Under the pieces are notes generated by a model that saw only the letters and a list, made by a program, of their open reading frames with translations, searched no databases and was not told where the DNA came from. Positions 30,755 to 45,530 of a stretch of DNA of 64,000 nt are shown one piece after another. This DNA comes from the human T2T-CHM13v2.0 reference genome, Homo sapiens. Where the stretch lies: the NCBI RefSeq assembly GCF_009914755.1, contig NC_060926.1; one strand, written 5' to 3'. The position numbers and the translations under genes are program-made. Within the stretch, counting starts at the first letter, position 1. The number at the start of each line of letters is the position of its first letter.

Positions 30755-31510
30755 TTGTATATTTTTAATAGTTTATTGTTGACATATCACACAATTTATC
30801 CATTAAAAGTATACGATTGAATGATTTTTAGTATATCCACAAATATATGCAAGTACCATTACAATTTTAGAACATTTTCATCACCTCCAGAAGAAACCCC
30901 ATAAGCTTTAGCTATCGAACTCTGCTCTCCCAGCTCCCTCCCCCGGCCCTAGGCAAACACTAATCTGCTTTCTGCCTCTGTAGAAATGTTCTGGACATTT
31001 CATATAAATGGAATCATATAATATGTGGTCTTTTGGGACTAGCATCTTTCACTTAGCATAACGTTTAATGTTTTTGAGATTCATCCATGCAGTAGCATGT
31101 GTTAATGCTTCCTTCTTTTCTAAACCTGAGTAACTTTGCACTGTATGTATTAATATATTCTGCATTTGTTTATCCATTCATCTGTTGACAGATACTTGGG
31201 TTACTTCTGCCTTTTGGCTATTGTGAGTAATGCTGCTATGAACTTGGGTGTGCAACTATCTCTCAGAGACTCTGCATTCTTTTCTTTTGAATATATACCC
31301 AGAAATGGAGTAGTTGAATCATATACTAATTCGATCTTTGTATTTTGGTGAAACTGCCACATTGTTTTCCATAGTGGCTGCACTGTTTTCTGTTTCCACC
31401 AACAGTGCACATGGGTTCAATTTCTCCACATTTTTGTCAGCACTTGTTATTATCTCACTTTGGTTCTAGCCATCCTAGTGGGTGTGAAGTGGCATCTCTT
31501 TGTAGTTTTG
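30755..31510 (-). mobile_element. L1MB-like 3' fragment
   Basis: ggacatttcatataaatggaatcatataatatgtggtc, atatacccagaaatgg. Confidence 0.85.
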
Positions 31511-32014
31511 AAGACTCACCGGCATTTTCAACTAGCTACGTCCAAACAGAACTATCTTTTATCTCTCAAAATCTGCTTCTCTCCTTATGAGTCCCATTTA
31601 CATCAAAGGCATTGGGATTCACCCACAAACCAGTGTGTGTTTCCAGCACCTTCTTTCTAATGTAGCACCCATGTCCATGCTTGACATTGTCACCCTGAGC
31701 CAGCCGTACTCTCAGCATGCTGGGTGTTGCATTAAGTTTTAAAAATCTATATTATGTATCTTTCATCATTTTTCTTCAATTACAATATACGCTCATTATT
31801 GAGAATCTGCAAAAGTATAAAGATGAAAATTTAAAATACCTCCCTCACCTAGGGAAAACAACGGACCAGTGAATTGACTTCCTAGTGTGGTTGCCATGTG
31901 TAAACACTCCACATGTATAACTTAAGAATAAACACTCTTTACCCCTGACTGAGGCAACTCTAAAGTATGAGCTCCCCTTCCTCTGGAGTTCTCCTGTGGG
32001 GTGGAGCCAAAGTT

Positions 32015-32093
32015 TGTATTAGCCCGTTTTCACTCTGCCATAAAGATACAATTCAAGATGAGATTTGGGAGGGGACATAGCCAAACCATATCA
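32015..32093 (-). mobile_element. Internally deleted THE1/MST LTR (both termini, 79 bp)
   Basis: tgtattagcccgttttcactctgccataaaga joined to tacaattcaagatgagatttggg...ccaaaccatatca. Confidence 0.8.
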
Positions 32094-32252
32094 TTTACCC
32101 TCCAGGGGATTTTGTTGGATATTGCTCCCCCCTACCTCCCATCCCTGGTGCCACTTCCCTTCCCCCACTAGTCTTTTCTGAGGCATGACTTGTTCCATCA
32201 CCCTCATATGATCTGCTTCTCAACATCTGCTATAGGAAAGCCTGACACATCC

Positions 32253-32618
32253 TGATATGGTTTGGCTCTGTGTCTCCACCCAAATCTCATCTTAAATTGT
32301 AGCTCCCATAATTCCTATGTGTTGTGGGAGGGACCTGGTGGGAGATAATTGAATCATGGGGGCGATTTCCCCCATATTGTTCTCATGGTAGTGAATAATT
32401 CTCACAAGATCTGATGTTTTTATAAGGGGAAACCCCTTTCGCTTGGCTCTCATTCTCTTCTCTTGTCTGCCGCCATATGAGATGTGCCTTTCACCTTCTG
32501 CCATGATTGTGAGGCCTCCCCAGCCACATGGAACTGTGAGTCCATTAAACCTCTTTGTTTTGTAAATTGCCCAGTCTTGAGTGTGTCTTTATCAGCAGCG
32601 TGAAAACGGACTAATACA
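32253..32618 (+). mobile_element. THE1B-like solo LTR
   Basis: tgatatggtttggctctgtgt...aaacggactaataca. Confidence 0.9.
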
Positions 32619-32687
32619 GGTCTTTCCACATCTTTGCTAATCCAGGGTGACATTTAAAAACAATCTTTTAATATAAAACAATTTCAA

Positions 32688-33000
32688 GGTCGGGCGCGGT
32701 GGCTCACGCCTGTAATCTCAGCACTTTGGGAGGCTGAGGTAGGCAGATCACCTAAGGTCAGGAGTTCAAGACCAGCTTGTCCAACATGGGAAAACCCAAT
32801 CACTACTAAAAATACAAAAATTAGTTGGGCATGGTGGCATGAGCCTATTAATTCCAGCTACTCTGTAGCCTGAGGCACAAGAATCGCTTGAACCCAGGAG
32901 GCGGTGGTTGCAGTGAGCTGAGATGGCACCACTGCCCTCCAGCCTGGGCAACAGAGAGAGACTCCATCTCAAAAAAAAAAAAACAAAAAACAAAAAACAA
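32688..33000 (+). mobile_element. AluS nested in old antisense L1M (host ~32650-33870)
   Basis: TSD aaaacaatttcaa / aaaacaatttgaa. Confidence 0.9.
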
Positions 33001-35689
33001 AACAATTTGAAGCATACACAAAAGTATAGAGAATAGTATAATGAACCCCTAGTGCCCATCACTCGTTCCAACAATTACCCACATTCTGTCCTTTGTGTTG
33101 CATCTGTCCTCCCAAAACTGAATTGGCTTTTCTTCTGGCGCATGTACAACAAATTCCAGATGCCATATCATTCACTGAAAAATACTCCAGTGCTTCTCTC
33201 TAACAAAGAAATGATGAGTGCTTACATGCACACACACAGCACCATTCTTATATCCAAAAGATTCGTAATCATTCCTTAATATTATCTAATAACCAGTCTA
33301 TCTTCAGTTTTCCTGATTGTTGTCTCGAAAGTGTCTTTTTCCGGTTCATTTGCGCTATTTATTGCTCTTAGCTGATATGTCTCTTAATTCTCCTGTGATC
33401 TTAACAGTTTCAACTCTTCTTCTGGTTTCTCCATGCCAGCTATGTGTTGGAAACAATCAGCTCATTTTCCAGGTCATTTATCTTACAGAATGTCTCGCTT
33501 TTGGATTGGGCTGGTTGAATCGTTGAGGAATCATTTAAGGCTGTCTTCCAACCCTCATATTTCCTGTGGATGGATAGTTAGATTTAGAGGCTCAATTTGG
33601 CTCAGGTTCTTCAATTTACAGACAAAACATTACAGGTGACACTAGAAACTTATTGCCGAGAGTCAAGAGGCACAGGATGTCTGGGGTCCCACCTTTGGTG
33701 ACGTTAAGATAAATGAGAGGAATCAGGTATTGTCAGCCTGATCCATCCATTATAAATTTTCCCATCAACTTTTCACCTCATGGTTTAAGCTCTCCCTTGG
33801 GATTATAAATTTAAAATATCTTTGTGAACTTGATAGCTGATAAAATAGACTTGTGTGTGTTAGTCGGTAAATTGATTGCTCATTTGGCAGCTCTGGGGAT
33901 TCTTTGTGATTTAGTGCCCTGACTCCTGGTCAGGCCTCCCCATCGGGTCTTGATCTGGTCTGGTCTGGTCCTGGCCTTGCCGTTCCCATCAAGCCCTTTG
34001 GACTGTTTGATGCAGAAATCATCCCATACACTACTCCTGGGGATTGTCCCCACATTCCAGGCTACAGGGAGGTGTGAGATCCAGGTGCTACCTGGATTCC
34101 GGCTCCATGCTGAGGTGTCTGCTGCCACATCAAGATCAACATCTTTGAAGCCACCAGCGCTGCAAGAGAGCTGCAGCAGTCACCATGAAACCTCCACGAA
34201 ACCACCTGCAGGGCCACCAGTTCAACATGCTTTCCCTCCCACAGTCAACATTGCAGAATGAGAGTTGAGTGAAACAGTTAATCTGTTCATTCTTACTCAC
34301 TTTTTTTCACTTGTTTATTTCAGAACCCTCTTCCTAAGGCACAGACATGAGTCTGTGTGGGCTGGGCCACAGAGCAGTTAGTGGGATAGATGCTGTCCAG
34401 AACCAAAATGAGCCCTTGATCCTCACCTGGCTCACTCACTAGGTACCCTTGTGTGCTCTTCAACCCTCCTTCCTCTTAGGATGAGTTTCTTCCCAGGGAG
34501 CTCCAAAGTCTCTCAGCAAATATGTCTTTGATAGGGTCAGTCCATAGGCCACATAGACAAGACATACAGACCTGTCAGACCCATCTGAATCATGGTATGA
34601 GGACAGGGAACCCCACCCACTGGAGCTCTGCTCCTGCCTAAACAGCAGCAGAAAGCAGAGGGATTGGAACTTTCAGAAGGGTACAAACCATGGGCTACCA
34701 AAGGGGTGTTCTTCCAAAAGGCCTTTTAAAAATATGAAAAATCATTTTAGTAATCCAAGTATCTCTCTTTGTGGAATATGTTTAGGAATTGGGTAGGAAA
34801 CAAAGACTTGAACAGCTGCCCAGGGACTGGGGAGGGCTCCCAATTGGCATTATTTCTGTTTTCCTCTCAGAGAAACTCCCTTGAGTCTCAGGTCTTGATC
34901 AAGGATGCATGTAGGACTCTGGTGAATTTTTTAACTGGTTCTTGTCCTTCACTGATCTGAGGGGAATTCCAACACTAGTCACCCACTATCTTCTGATGAG
35001 TGGCCAGGGACAGGCCCAAGCTAGATCTGTGACCATCGCAGCAATAATGTTCAACCATTCTGGGAACCCCCCTGGGGATCACGATGACACTGGAATACTG
35101 TTAAGGTGGAATTTTGCCCCCAGTACCAGCCCGGGATCCCAGACACCTCTCAGAAAGGTCCCCAAGGGAGAAATATACACACCTTGAAAACAAGCAGCCC
35201 AAAGATTGTGTTCTCTTACTAAGCATTCACATCATGTTTTTATTTTATTTTTGGCGTAGCATTGTAGTGGCACCTGTTCCTGTTTTCACAATTAGGAAAC
35301 CATCATTCCTACTCAGCTCCTGAGCCCACAGCTGTATTGGAGTTCTCTGGACACCACTCCCTTCCTCTGACTTCCCCTCTGCCAGCTTCCCATGTGGTTT
35401 TCTTCTCTCCAACCAAGAGTCAGTGGATCCCAAGCACTATTTTATCAGAGTTAAAGACTGTCTTCTTTCTCATTAGAATAGATTCCAAGTGAATTCCAAC
35501 CCATTTGATCTTAAGGAGGAGCTGCCAAGTCCCAGTAACAGTTAGTGATGACATTAGAAGAAAATGAACCGCTCAGCAATTTTGCATCTCAATAGTCGGC
35601 CCTTCTCTACACACGGCTGAGTTAGAGGTGCTGGATCCAGCTCTCGTGCCCCGCAAGAACATGACCAGTGGGATCAAGTCTTTAGAGTT

Positions 35690-36108
35690 CTTCAGGCCAA
35701 ATGTGATGCTGTGTGGCTTCTGAAGCCAGGGCTAAAAGGCCATGTGGTTTCTGCCTTGTTCACTGGAGCATTTGCTCTTGAAGTCCTGACTGCCTGGTAA
35801 AAAGACCAATGCCTCTGAAGCTGCCATGCTCTGAGGAAGCCCAAGCCACGTGGGGAGGCTGTGTGGAAACACTCTGATCAGCAGTCCCAGCCGAGCTCAG
35901 GCACCAGAGATGTGAGTGAAGAAACTTCTAGAAGATTGCAGTCATTCAAGTCTTTTACATTGTGGAACAGAGAACAGAGACAAGCCAACTCTACAGTGCC
36001 CTGCCCAAATTCCCAACCCACAAAATCCATGATAATAATAAAATGTTGGTTGTTTTCCTCCTGTAAGTTTTGGGGAATTTTGTTCCTTAGCAACTAATAG
36101 CTGAAACA
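35690..36108 (+). mobile_element. MLT1G/H-like LTR
   Basis: gctgccatgctctgaggaagcccaagccac, ccctgcccaaattcccaacccaca. Confidence 0.7.
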
Positions 36109-36343
36109 CTGAGAACTCTGCTCCTTGCGTCCATGCAAGATTAGAAAATCTTTATTTTGTATCTTTTCTTTTATGTTGTTTTCCTTCTGTTTCACTTGAC
36201 ATCTATTATTGTGGGAGAAATCCTGAACTCTTCCAGTTCCTTCTAGAAAAGCCAAAGAAGCATCTTTCGATGATAATCAGCAATAAATAGTCAATTATTT
36301 GCAGATCTACACAAATACGCCAAACAGAGAACCCATAGCGGCA

Positions 36344-36715
36344 TGTTATGGTTTGGCTCTGTGTCCCCACCCAAATCTCACCTTGAATTATAATCCCGAG
36401 AATCCCCAAACGTCAAGGGTGAGATCAGGTGGAGGTAATTTGAGTCATAGGGGCAGTTTCCTCCATGCTGTTCTCATGATAGTGAGTGAGTCTCATGAGA
36501 TCTGTTGGTTTTATAAGTGTCTGGCATTTCCCCTGCTTGCACTCACTCTGTCCTGCCGCTCTGTGAAGAAGGTGCCTTGCTTCCCCTTGGCAGTCTGCCA
36601 TGATTGTAAGTTTCCTAAGGCCTCCTCAGGAATGCAGAACTGTGGATCAATTAAACCTTGTAAATACTCCAGTCTTGGGTATTTCTTCATAGCAGTGTGA
36701 GAATGGATGAATACA
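36344..36715 (+). mobile_element. THE1-type solo LTR
   Basis: tgttatggtttggctctgtg...gaataca; TSD cggca/aggca. Confidence 0.88.
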
Positions 36716-39700
36716 AGGCACATGCAGTGAAGGTGGCTGAAAGATTTCCATTTGGCCACTGACTTCACTTACTCTACTTTTCAGTGATCTGTGATGACAC
36801 AGGAAGAAAGGCAAAACAAATCTGAAGACAAAGGAAGTCACATAATCAGGACACTCATGGTGGAATCATTGCATCGGCCATAAGCCCTGCAGTAGGGAGG
36901 CCACCAGGTCAATGGCTACATGTATGATGGAGCATGTGACCACTTACAGTGATGGCAGAGAGCACAGGAGAGATGGGGGAAATGCTGAGATACACTTGTT
37001 GTGGAAAACAACAGCCATGTGTGCACTGAAAGCAGCTCTGGATAAAGTAATTTTAAAAGAAGAGAGAAAAACCCAGGAGATAACAGTCACATACAACTGG
37101 AAACATGTACAAGGATGTTCATTGCAGCCCTGCTGGTTTTAGCAAAAACATGGAAACAACCTCATGCCTCAGTCAAAAGATAAGTGGGCAGATGAAGTCT
37201 TCATTGGCATAAATACAAGCAATAAAACTGTATGAAAAAGAAAGCAGGCCAGTGAAAGCCAGGACTCAGGCGATGATTAGCCTCAGGTAGAGAAATGCAG
37301 GAGGGTCAAAGGAGAACCATCTGGATACGGGAAGGTAGTTGTCAAAGTTAGAGGTTTTGTTTTGGGTGGTGAATTTTCTGGTGCTTAAAAATAACTAGAT
37401 AAGTAAAAATCCAAATGTGCACCATCCATGGGTCAGCGATGAGGGCGTGTCAGGGAGCAAGGACTGTGGTTAATCCAGCCTGGTACAGGAGGCCCAGCCG
37501 AGCAAAGAAAGGGAGACTATGACACGGGAGGAGGACAGGTGCAGGAGCAGGCAGAGGCGGCTCCTCCAAGCAGCTGAGCTGCAGAGGGGGAAGAAAGTGA
37601 AGGCAGCAGCAGAGGGGCGTGAACAGGGCCAGGATGTTGTTTTGTGTGTTTGTTTGTTTTTAGTGCATTTGCTAATGGAAACAATCCAGGAGGAACTGAT
37701 GATGCAGAAGCGAGGGAGAATCCTGGGTCTGGCACTGTGAGGAAGCAGGAGGGAATGTGAAGTGGTATCAAACGAGTTTTTCTCTGTGGAACAGAATGTC
37801 CTGTCCTTGTAGAAGGGGCAGCTGCCTGCTTGCCTGGCAAGGCGTCATCTCAAATAAAAGGAATGTGGGTGCCAAGTGTAACCTAAGACATCCACCTTGC
37901 ACCCACACCTTGCATCCACCTCGCACCCACACGCTGTGCGTCCCACAGACCCGCCTACCTTCCCACAGAGGCATCTTCTTATTTGCAGAAAGCCATGGAC
38001 CCAAACAATCCCCCTCCACCTGCCTGCCTTTCCTCAAAATCCTGCCTTTATCTCCATTCTCTGGGAGAAGGAAGATACTGCACGTTTTCCAAGGGAGGCA
38101 CATTTCGCAGCTGTCATGCCCCTGCCTGGTTTCTGGGCTCCCCTGCCTGGTTTCTGGGCTCCCCTGCCTATCAACAGTGACTGCAGGCTCTTTAAAACTG
38201 CTCGGGCCCACCCCGTGGCTTCCACCTTCACAGACCCTGAGCTGCAGACACCTGGGCATTCAACTTCCCCCACCATGCTGTTCCTGGCGGGGGTCTTTCT
38301 TCCTTCTCATTTGTAAGAAACAGTCGATACGATTTCAGGCGTAGTTTAATGCTGCTTCCCACATGATACAGCCCCACCTGCAGTGGATGTGCTCCCCTTC
38401 ACACCCCTGCCTCGTGTCATCTGGACATTTCTGATGGGCCCTGCCCACCCGCCCCCTCCACACCTGCTCCGGGCTGGGCTCTCCCCGGGACCCAGCCATG
38501 TCCTGGTCATCATTATGTGCCCCACAGCAGGCAGGCTCCCAAAGGCCTCTTTTACCCTCTCAGGCAGTGAGAGTCCTGATGCTGCCCCCAAATCTTTGTC
38601 CCTTCTAAGAGAAGAGTTGGGGGAACCAAGCATTATGCCTGATGCCAAATCCAACTCGGGCCAATGGAGCTGAGTTATACACAGTTTTACTTTCCTGAAA
38701 ATCTTGGTGCTTTCTCTCAAAAGTGGAGTCATGCATTTTGTAAGGAGCCTTCTCTCCCTGAGCTATAGAGTGAGACCTCTGACTCCTGGACCTTCTTCCT
38801 GGGCTCATCCCGGGAGCACCCTCCTCTGCACCTGCCCCTCCTCCCCACGGGTCCTCCCGCCAGCACGGGTGAACGCTGCTAACTCAGAAGTCCCACCCCT
38901 GCCTTGGACAAGTGCCCACTCCTGCGCGTACATGGCCAGCTGGGTCTCCGCATAGCTCTCTCCACCTCGCCTCTCCCACTCCCTGTTCCCGTTCCCATCT
39001 CTGTCCTCCTCCTGCCGGTCCCCGCCGGTGGGGCAGCCTTTCAGTGGTCCTGGCCCTGCCCAGTTCCTAGGGCCCCTGCTGTACCATCTGACCAGATGCT
39101 GACCTTAGCTGCTACATTCACTTCTGTTGCCTGGGGACTTGGAGGAGCTGACCCCTGGCTGGAGGGGATGGGAGAGGCTTTAATTTAGTTCTTTCTTTTG
39201 AGGCTTTCCCTCTCCCAACCGGCTTTCATTTCCTCCCTGTGGCATTAGCCGTTCCTTGTCTCCACCCCTGGCCTTTTCCCACAAGCAGGAAGGTGGGCTG
39301 GGGCAGGAGAGGGTGGGGCCGGGTTTTGCAGGCTTGGTTTCCATTAATTATTGGGATAACAATAAGAAACTGAGAAGAGAGAGAGAGAGACAGAGACGCA
39401 GAGACTCACAGTGCCACACTGCATTGCAACTACCCCACACTGCGCTGCCTGTACATTTTCCGAAAGTTTCCATCTCCAGCTGGGCTGGAGGAGGCTGTGA
39501 GTGAGGGCTGGGCCTCCAGGGGAGAGAACTCGTAGCCCCCTCATCCGGCGGCGTGAGGAATCCTAACAAGAGGGCAGGGGACAAAATCCAGTGGGTGGAG
39601 GATGGAAGCACCTGAAGATCCTCCTATTCAGGGCAGGTCTTGTCTTCAAAAATTTCTAGATATGGTTTTGTTCCTGGCATAGGAATCTTCACTCCCGGAA

Positions 39701-40336
39701 CCAAAATTTGAGAGACAGGTTTCCTCGGCAACCGAGGAAACATCTCTAGAGAAGGGTTATATTGTTTTGAAGTGTTTTGAAATCTTATCAATGGTTTCCA
39801 GGGAAACACGAGATGATGAATAGAGGCCTTGCTAGGTGAATTTAAGAAGAAACACAGGGGAACATATTTGGATTCACAGTGTGCAAGTATTCAGCTGTGT
39901 ATCAAGGCAGAAAAGTATATTTCACTCTCATCTGACATTTTAATTTTATTACTAGTTCAGCTTCATGTACAGTAACTCCTCAGGGAGGTCAGCATTATTT
40001 GAATCCCAATTAAAGAAATTACACAAAGTTTTTAAATTATGAAATTTGTGAATCCCACGGGAATCAACATTTTAATTAACATTATGTATTATACGTAGGG
40101 AAAATAAAGATTTAAAGTAGCAACTGAGCAGCCAAACTGTGGTCAGAACAGTTTGCGAATTAAACGGCAGTGGAGTCTCCAGCAGAAACGGCAGAACGGC
40201 AAATGAGCTCAGGGAGAAATGGCCAGAACTGTGACTCCAGCTCACCTGTCACTCCTACTCTGTTTGCCGGTGAAAAACGCCTGGCAAGTCTGACTGTCCA
40301 ATGGTGTGGAGTTTTAATCTTTTCTTGTTTTGTTAA

Positions 40337-40759
<423 letters not shown>

Positions 40760-41041
40760 CTATTTAAGTCTTCCTAGCTCTCTGAGGATTGCCCAAGAAA
40801 ACAATGAAGGAAAAATCAAAGTACCAATGTCCTCTAAGTCCAGATAATTTCATATCACTACATCTCTTGAGAAACATCTTCCCTTTAATTGAAATTGAAA
40901 TTTGCACTTTATTATCTTGAGTAATATTTTCCATTGTCATGGTGCTCTATACATGCTTTATATAAGGTGACACTCTTCTATTTTTCCTTGGCTTTTGTTA
41001 TTGGAATCAAATGCAATTGATTACAAGCAAAAACAGATGAG

Positions 41042-41350
41042 CCAAGCGGGCTCGGTGGCTCATGCCTGTAATCCCAGCACTTTGGGAGGTCTAGGCGGGT
41101 AGGTCACCTGAGGTCAGGAGTTCAAAACCAGCCTGGTCAACATGGTGAAACTCCGTCTCTACTGAAAAATGCTAAATTACCTGGGCGTGGTGGCAGGCAC
41201 CTGTCATCCCAGCTACTCAGGAGTCTGAGGCAGGGAGAATTACTTGAACCCAGGAGGTGGAGATTGCAGTGAGCCGAGATCAAGCGCTGCACTCCAGCCT
41301 GGGTGACAGAGCGAGACTCCATCTCAATAATAATAATAATAAAAACAAAA
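41042..41350 (+). mobile_element. AluS
   Basis: Alu consensus; cagatgagcc on both flanks. Confidence 0.9.
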
Positions 41351-41830
41351 AACCCAGATGAGCCTAACTATATGCCAAATTGATATTCTAACCACACAGG
41401 AAAAGAACAATTAATTCAGGTAACTTTTGAAAAGTGTACTTTGATTGTGCACCTTCCAGTGGGATAGATTTTAAGGACAAAAGAGCTTCAAAGACATGTT
41501 GACATTTACTTAATAGGTTTGCTTTCAGCAGTGACATTGGTGTAGTAATTACAAAACTATTTTGTGGGTTTGTAGGACTGGGCAAATGAAGAAATATGTA
41601 GTTATTGGAAACCCAGGTCCTCACAGTGCGAGAGATAAACATATATGAGGTGCGGGAATGTGAAGAAGAACCTATTGGTGTGGGATTGGAGGTGGGAGGT
41701 AAAGGCATCATCACATGAACTCATGATTTTAATTTAAAAAAAACTATGTTTCGTATCTCTGCCTATTGAAAGGGAGAAACAGTGACACAATAGCAGCAAA
41801 GAGCACACTTGCCACCTAGACTTTGGTTGG

Positions 41831-41844
41831 TTTTCTTCCTTCCT

Positions 41845-41899
<55 letters not shown>

Positions 41900-42157
41900 C
41901 TTTCTTTCTTTCTCTCCTTCCTTCCTTTCTTTCTCTCCTTCCTTCCTTCCTTCCTTCCTTTCTTTCTCTCTCTCTCTTTCTTTCTTTCTTTCTCTTTCTT
42001 TCTTTCTTCTTTCTCTTTCCTCTTTCTTTCTTTCTCTCCCTTCCTTCTTTCCTTCCCTCCCCCTCCCTCCCCCATCCATCCATCCATCTTTCCTTCCTTC
42101 CTTCCTTCTTGTCTGCCTTTCTGTCTTTCTTTTTTTTTTCTTTTTCTTCTTTTTTTA
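41831..42157. repeat. (TTTC)n/(TTCC)n polypyrimidine tract (expanded Alu tail)
   Basis: Direct read; abuts reverse AluJ. Confidence 0.95.
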
Positions 42158-42506
<349 letters not shown>

Positions 42507-45118
42507 TGATTCCAGGCCTGGAGCACGGAAAGTATGAGGTCAGCCTGAAATGTCTTCTAGTGTCAGAAGGAAGGGTGTACCCAAAGACTAGGCAAAGAAT
42601 GTGAAATTAGCAGACTTAAAGGGCCTCCAACTGGCGGCATTTGGGATGGTTTGAGTGTTTTCTAAAAATGGATTACAACACATTGCATTTTTAAAAAAGC
42701 ATTCACAAATCCAAAATAATTCCAAAAAGTGATGTTGGGGGCAGATCTTCTTTACAGAACAATTCAGGTAATAAATAGATAAGAAACAATAGAATTAGAA
42801 AAAAGTTACCATTTTGTAGCCACCAATGTCATAGTATATTCAGATAAGAATATATTCAGGGCGTGGCTGGAGGAGAGAGGCAGTGGCGTGGGGCAGGAGG
42901 CTGGCAGAGTGGATGCCCCTCATCAAAAGAACAAGCTCCACCTTCCCCAACCTGAGAGTCTCTGAAAACAGGACCTGGCCCTAACATTTCACGTGTCCAG
43001 CGTGTAACCCTGGCAGCCACATTGTGGTATGGATGTTTTTCAAAATCCTTTCCTAACACCCACGTTTGACTGCAGGGAAGTTCAGTGACCAGGCTGCCAG
43101 GTCACTGTTAAACAATGGCTTTGGGAACACAGTCCCCATCAGCCGGCATTTGCCTAGAAGGTGGCACCGGGACAGAGGGCAGCCTTCAGCCCACAGCCAT
43201 CCCAGGAAGACTCCTGCCCAGCCAGTGGGTCTGCTGGGGGCAGCTCCTCAGCTCCAAAAACCTAAAATCGCTCAGAGGCGAGTGAGAGTGACAGAGTGAC
43301 CACAGAGTTCCCGCCAGGTGCCAAGAACGTGAGGAGGTGGAGGCCCCTCTCCTGGAAGCCTTGCAGGCGTCCTCCAGGCCCATTTGGAATCCCCACCCCA
43401 CGTTCAGTTCTCTTAGGACTCTGTTAGCAGAAGAGAGGCATATTTGTTGAAGGCCATGCAAATTCCACAAGTTCAATAATTTTGCAAAGGCTTGGACTTT
43501 TCATGCTGTTCACGAGCTCAATGCTTCCTCCTCCTCCCCACAAGCACCAGGGCATCCTCACAGATGCAGCAAATCCTGTTTGCTCTTTTGCCGTGTGCAT
43601 CAAGGTCAGGCACACCAAGGGCGCGCTGGCCTTGGAGACAGGTCCGGTCCCAGTCTCAGTTCCAGAGTGACCTTGGGCAGCCTTTTATTTCATCACTGGT
43701 GGCTTCGTCTCTCATGTGGGACGGATTATCTGCCCCATGGGGTGCTTATGAGCACTAAATGAAATTAGAAGCTTGTGAGAGTTTGAAACTGCTTTCTTCC
43801 GAATGCGGTTTCGTGCCTTCCATGCAGCTGAATGCCTGCCCTCGGCAGCAGTGATAGTTAATCAGATGTGGGTTTCCTTGCACTTTGAAGCCTTGGAAGA
43901 ACCCATTGGGATTTGGAGATAATTGCAGGTATTCTTCAGCTCATCAGGACCAGAGTGATCCAATATAAACAAGGAAGAGTGTGCTCTGGGTAACCTGCTG
44001 GCTTCTGCCGGTACAGGCGGGCAGGCCTCACTGTCTGTGCCTGAGTCCCTGCGCTGCTCTGCAACCATCTACCTCGTCTTGCTGATGAGCAGCTGCTGCA
44101 GAATGAGGGATTGGGAGGAATTACTAGAGGTCCACCCATGGCAATGTAAAACCAAACCAAACCAAAACAAAAAAACAACAAACAAACAAAAACACAACAA
44201 AGTACTGCTATTATTATTTTTTAAAACAGCTTTCTTTCCCCCAAATCTCCATTTTTCATTTCAGAGAGCCTATGCCAGCATCTATAGAAACCCAATATGT
44301 GCATCGATAACCAGAACCTGGGGCAGCACTGATGGGGATTTCCAAGCATCTGGAGTAGTGCTGGTAAAATCCACACCCTGGACTTCATTCACCACTGAGG
44401 CAGCAAACTTAGGGGATTTTCCAGAAGATGAGGATGAAGAGTTTGGGAGCACATCAGATGCCAGCTGGCAGTGAGGTTGAGGAAGCGAGGTAGAACGGGA
44501 TCTTAAATGAATCAAAAGAAACCCAGTCATCTGAACTGGGTCATGCTGGAGTTGAAAGGGTGTTGGGCAGGTGTGGAAACCTAGACACAAGCATTGGCAG
44601 GACCCTTCTAGCTCCCTGGGGCTGAATGAAGCTTGCCTCAGGGGGTTTGTGCAGTCAAGTATCCTTGGCACATACCCCCTAGGATGAGAGGAACATCCCA
44701 AGGTCAACCTTCTTCCAATTCTTTGTGCATCAAGCAGTGTCATCATTCCAGCTGCCCTGGCAAACAGCCTACAGAAGAAAGTGTTCCCTGAGCCATGTCA
44801 CACGGACACCATTCTGTCCCATCAACAATCACCTCTCTTCTTATTGATGGATAAATTAGCCTCAGGGTTTACACATCAGTTTTTATGAGTCTAGTTAACT
44901 TGTGTCTGTCCTTGAGAAAGATAGGCATTGTCAGTGTAATAACAAAATCGGGTTTCTGGAAACCAGAGCTGGGGTGCAAAGAATTCACCCAGGTCAAGGC
45001 CCTTCCCCCCAAGAGGTGCCTGCTTGTGTGGCCAGCCCAGCTGCACTTGAGGCTGACTTGCATTGAGGCTCAGTGTATGTAGTCACATGAGAATCATTGT
45101 TAAAGAATGACAGATCAT

Positions 45119-45413
45119 GGCCGAGCGTGATGGCTCATGCCTGTAATCCCAGCATTTTGGGCCGAGTCAGGTAGATCACAAGGTCAGGAGTTCAAGACTA
45201 GCCTGGCCAAAATGGTGAAATCCCGTCTCTACTAATAATACAAAAATTAGCCAGGCATGGTGGCAGTTGCCTGTAATCCCAACTACTTGGGACGCTGAGG
45301 CAGAGAGTTGCTTGAACCTGGGAAGCGGAGGTTGCAGTGAGCCGAGATCACACCACTGCACTGCAGCCTGGGTGACAGAGTGAGACTCTGTCTCGAAAAA
45401 AAAAAAAAAAAAA
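45119..45413 (+). mobile_element. AluS
   Basis: Perfect 16 bp TSD AAAGAATGACAGATCA at 45102-45117 and 45411-45426. Confidence 0.95.
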
Positions 45414-45530
45414 GAATGACAGATCACATTTCCAATTCTTTAGGTTAACATATATGCTTTTATGTTACTCTCTGTGTCTAGTCTCCCTTTTATTGTCACT
45501 GTAAATGCTAATAAAATGTTCAATAAATGC

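Noticed and set aside
37757-38344. 195 aa ORF in GC-rich block
   Set aside because: Non-ATG start, overlapping ORFs in several frames as expected for GC-rich DNA, no recognisable domain.
44037-44474. 145 aa ORF with acidic tail and a plausible acceptor near 44263
   Set aside because: Runs through an (AAAC)-type repeat, has no recognisable homology and no partner exons.
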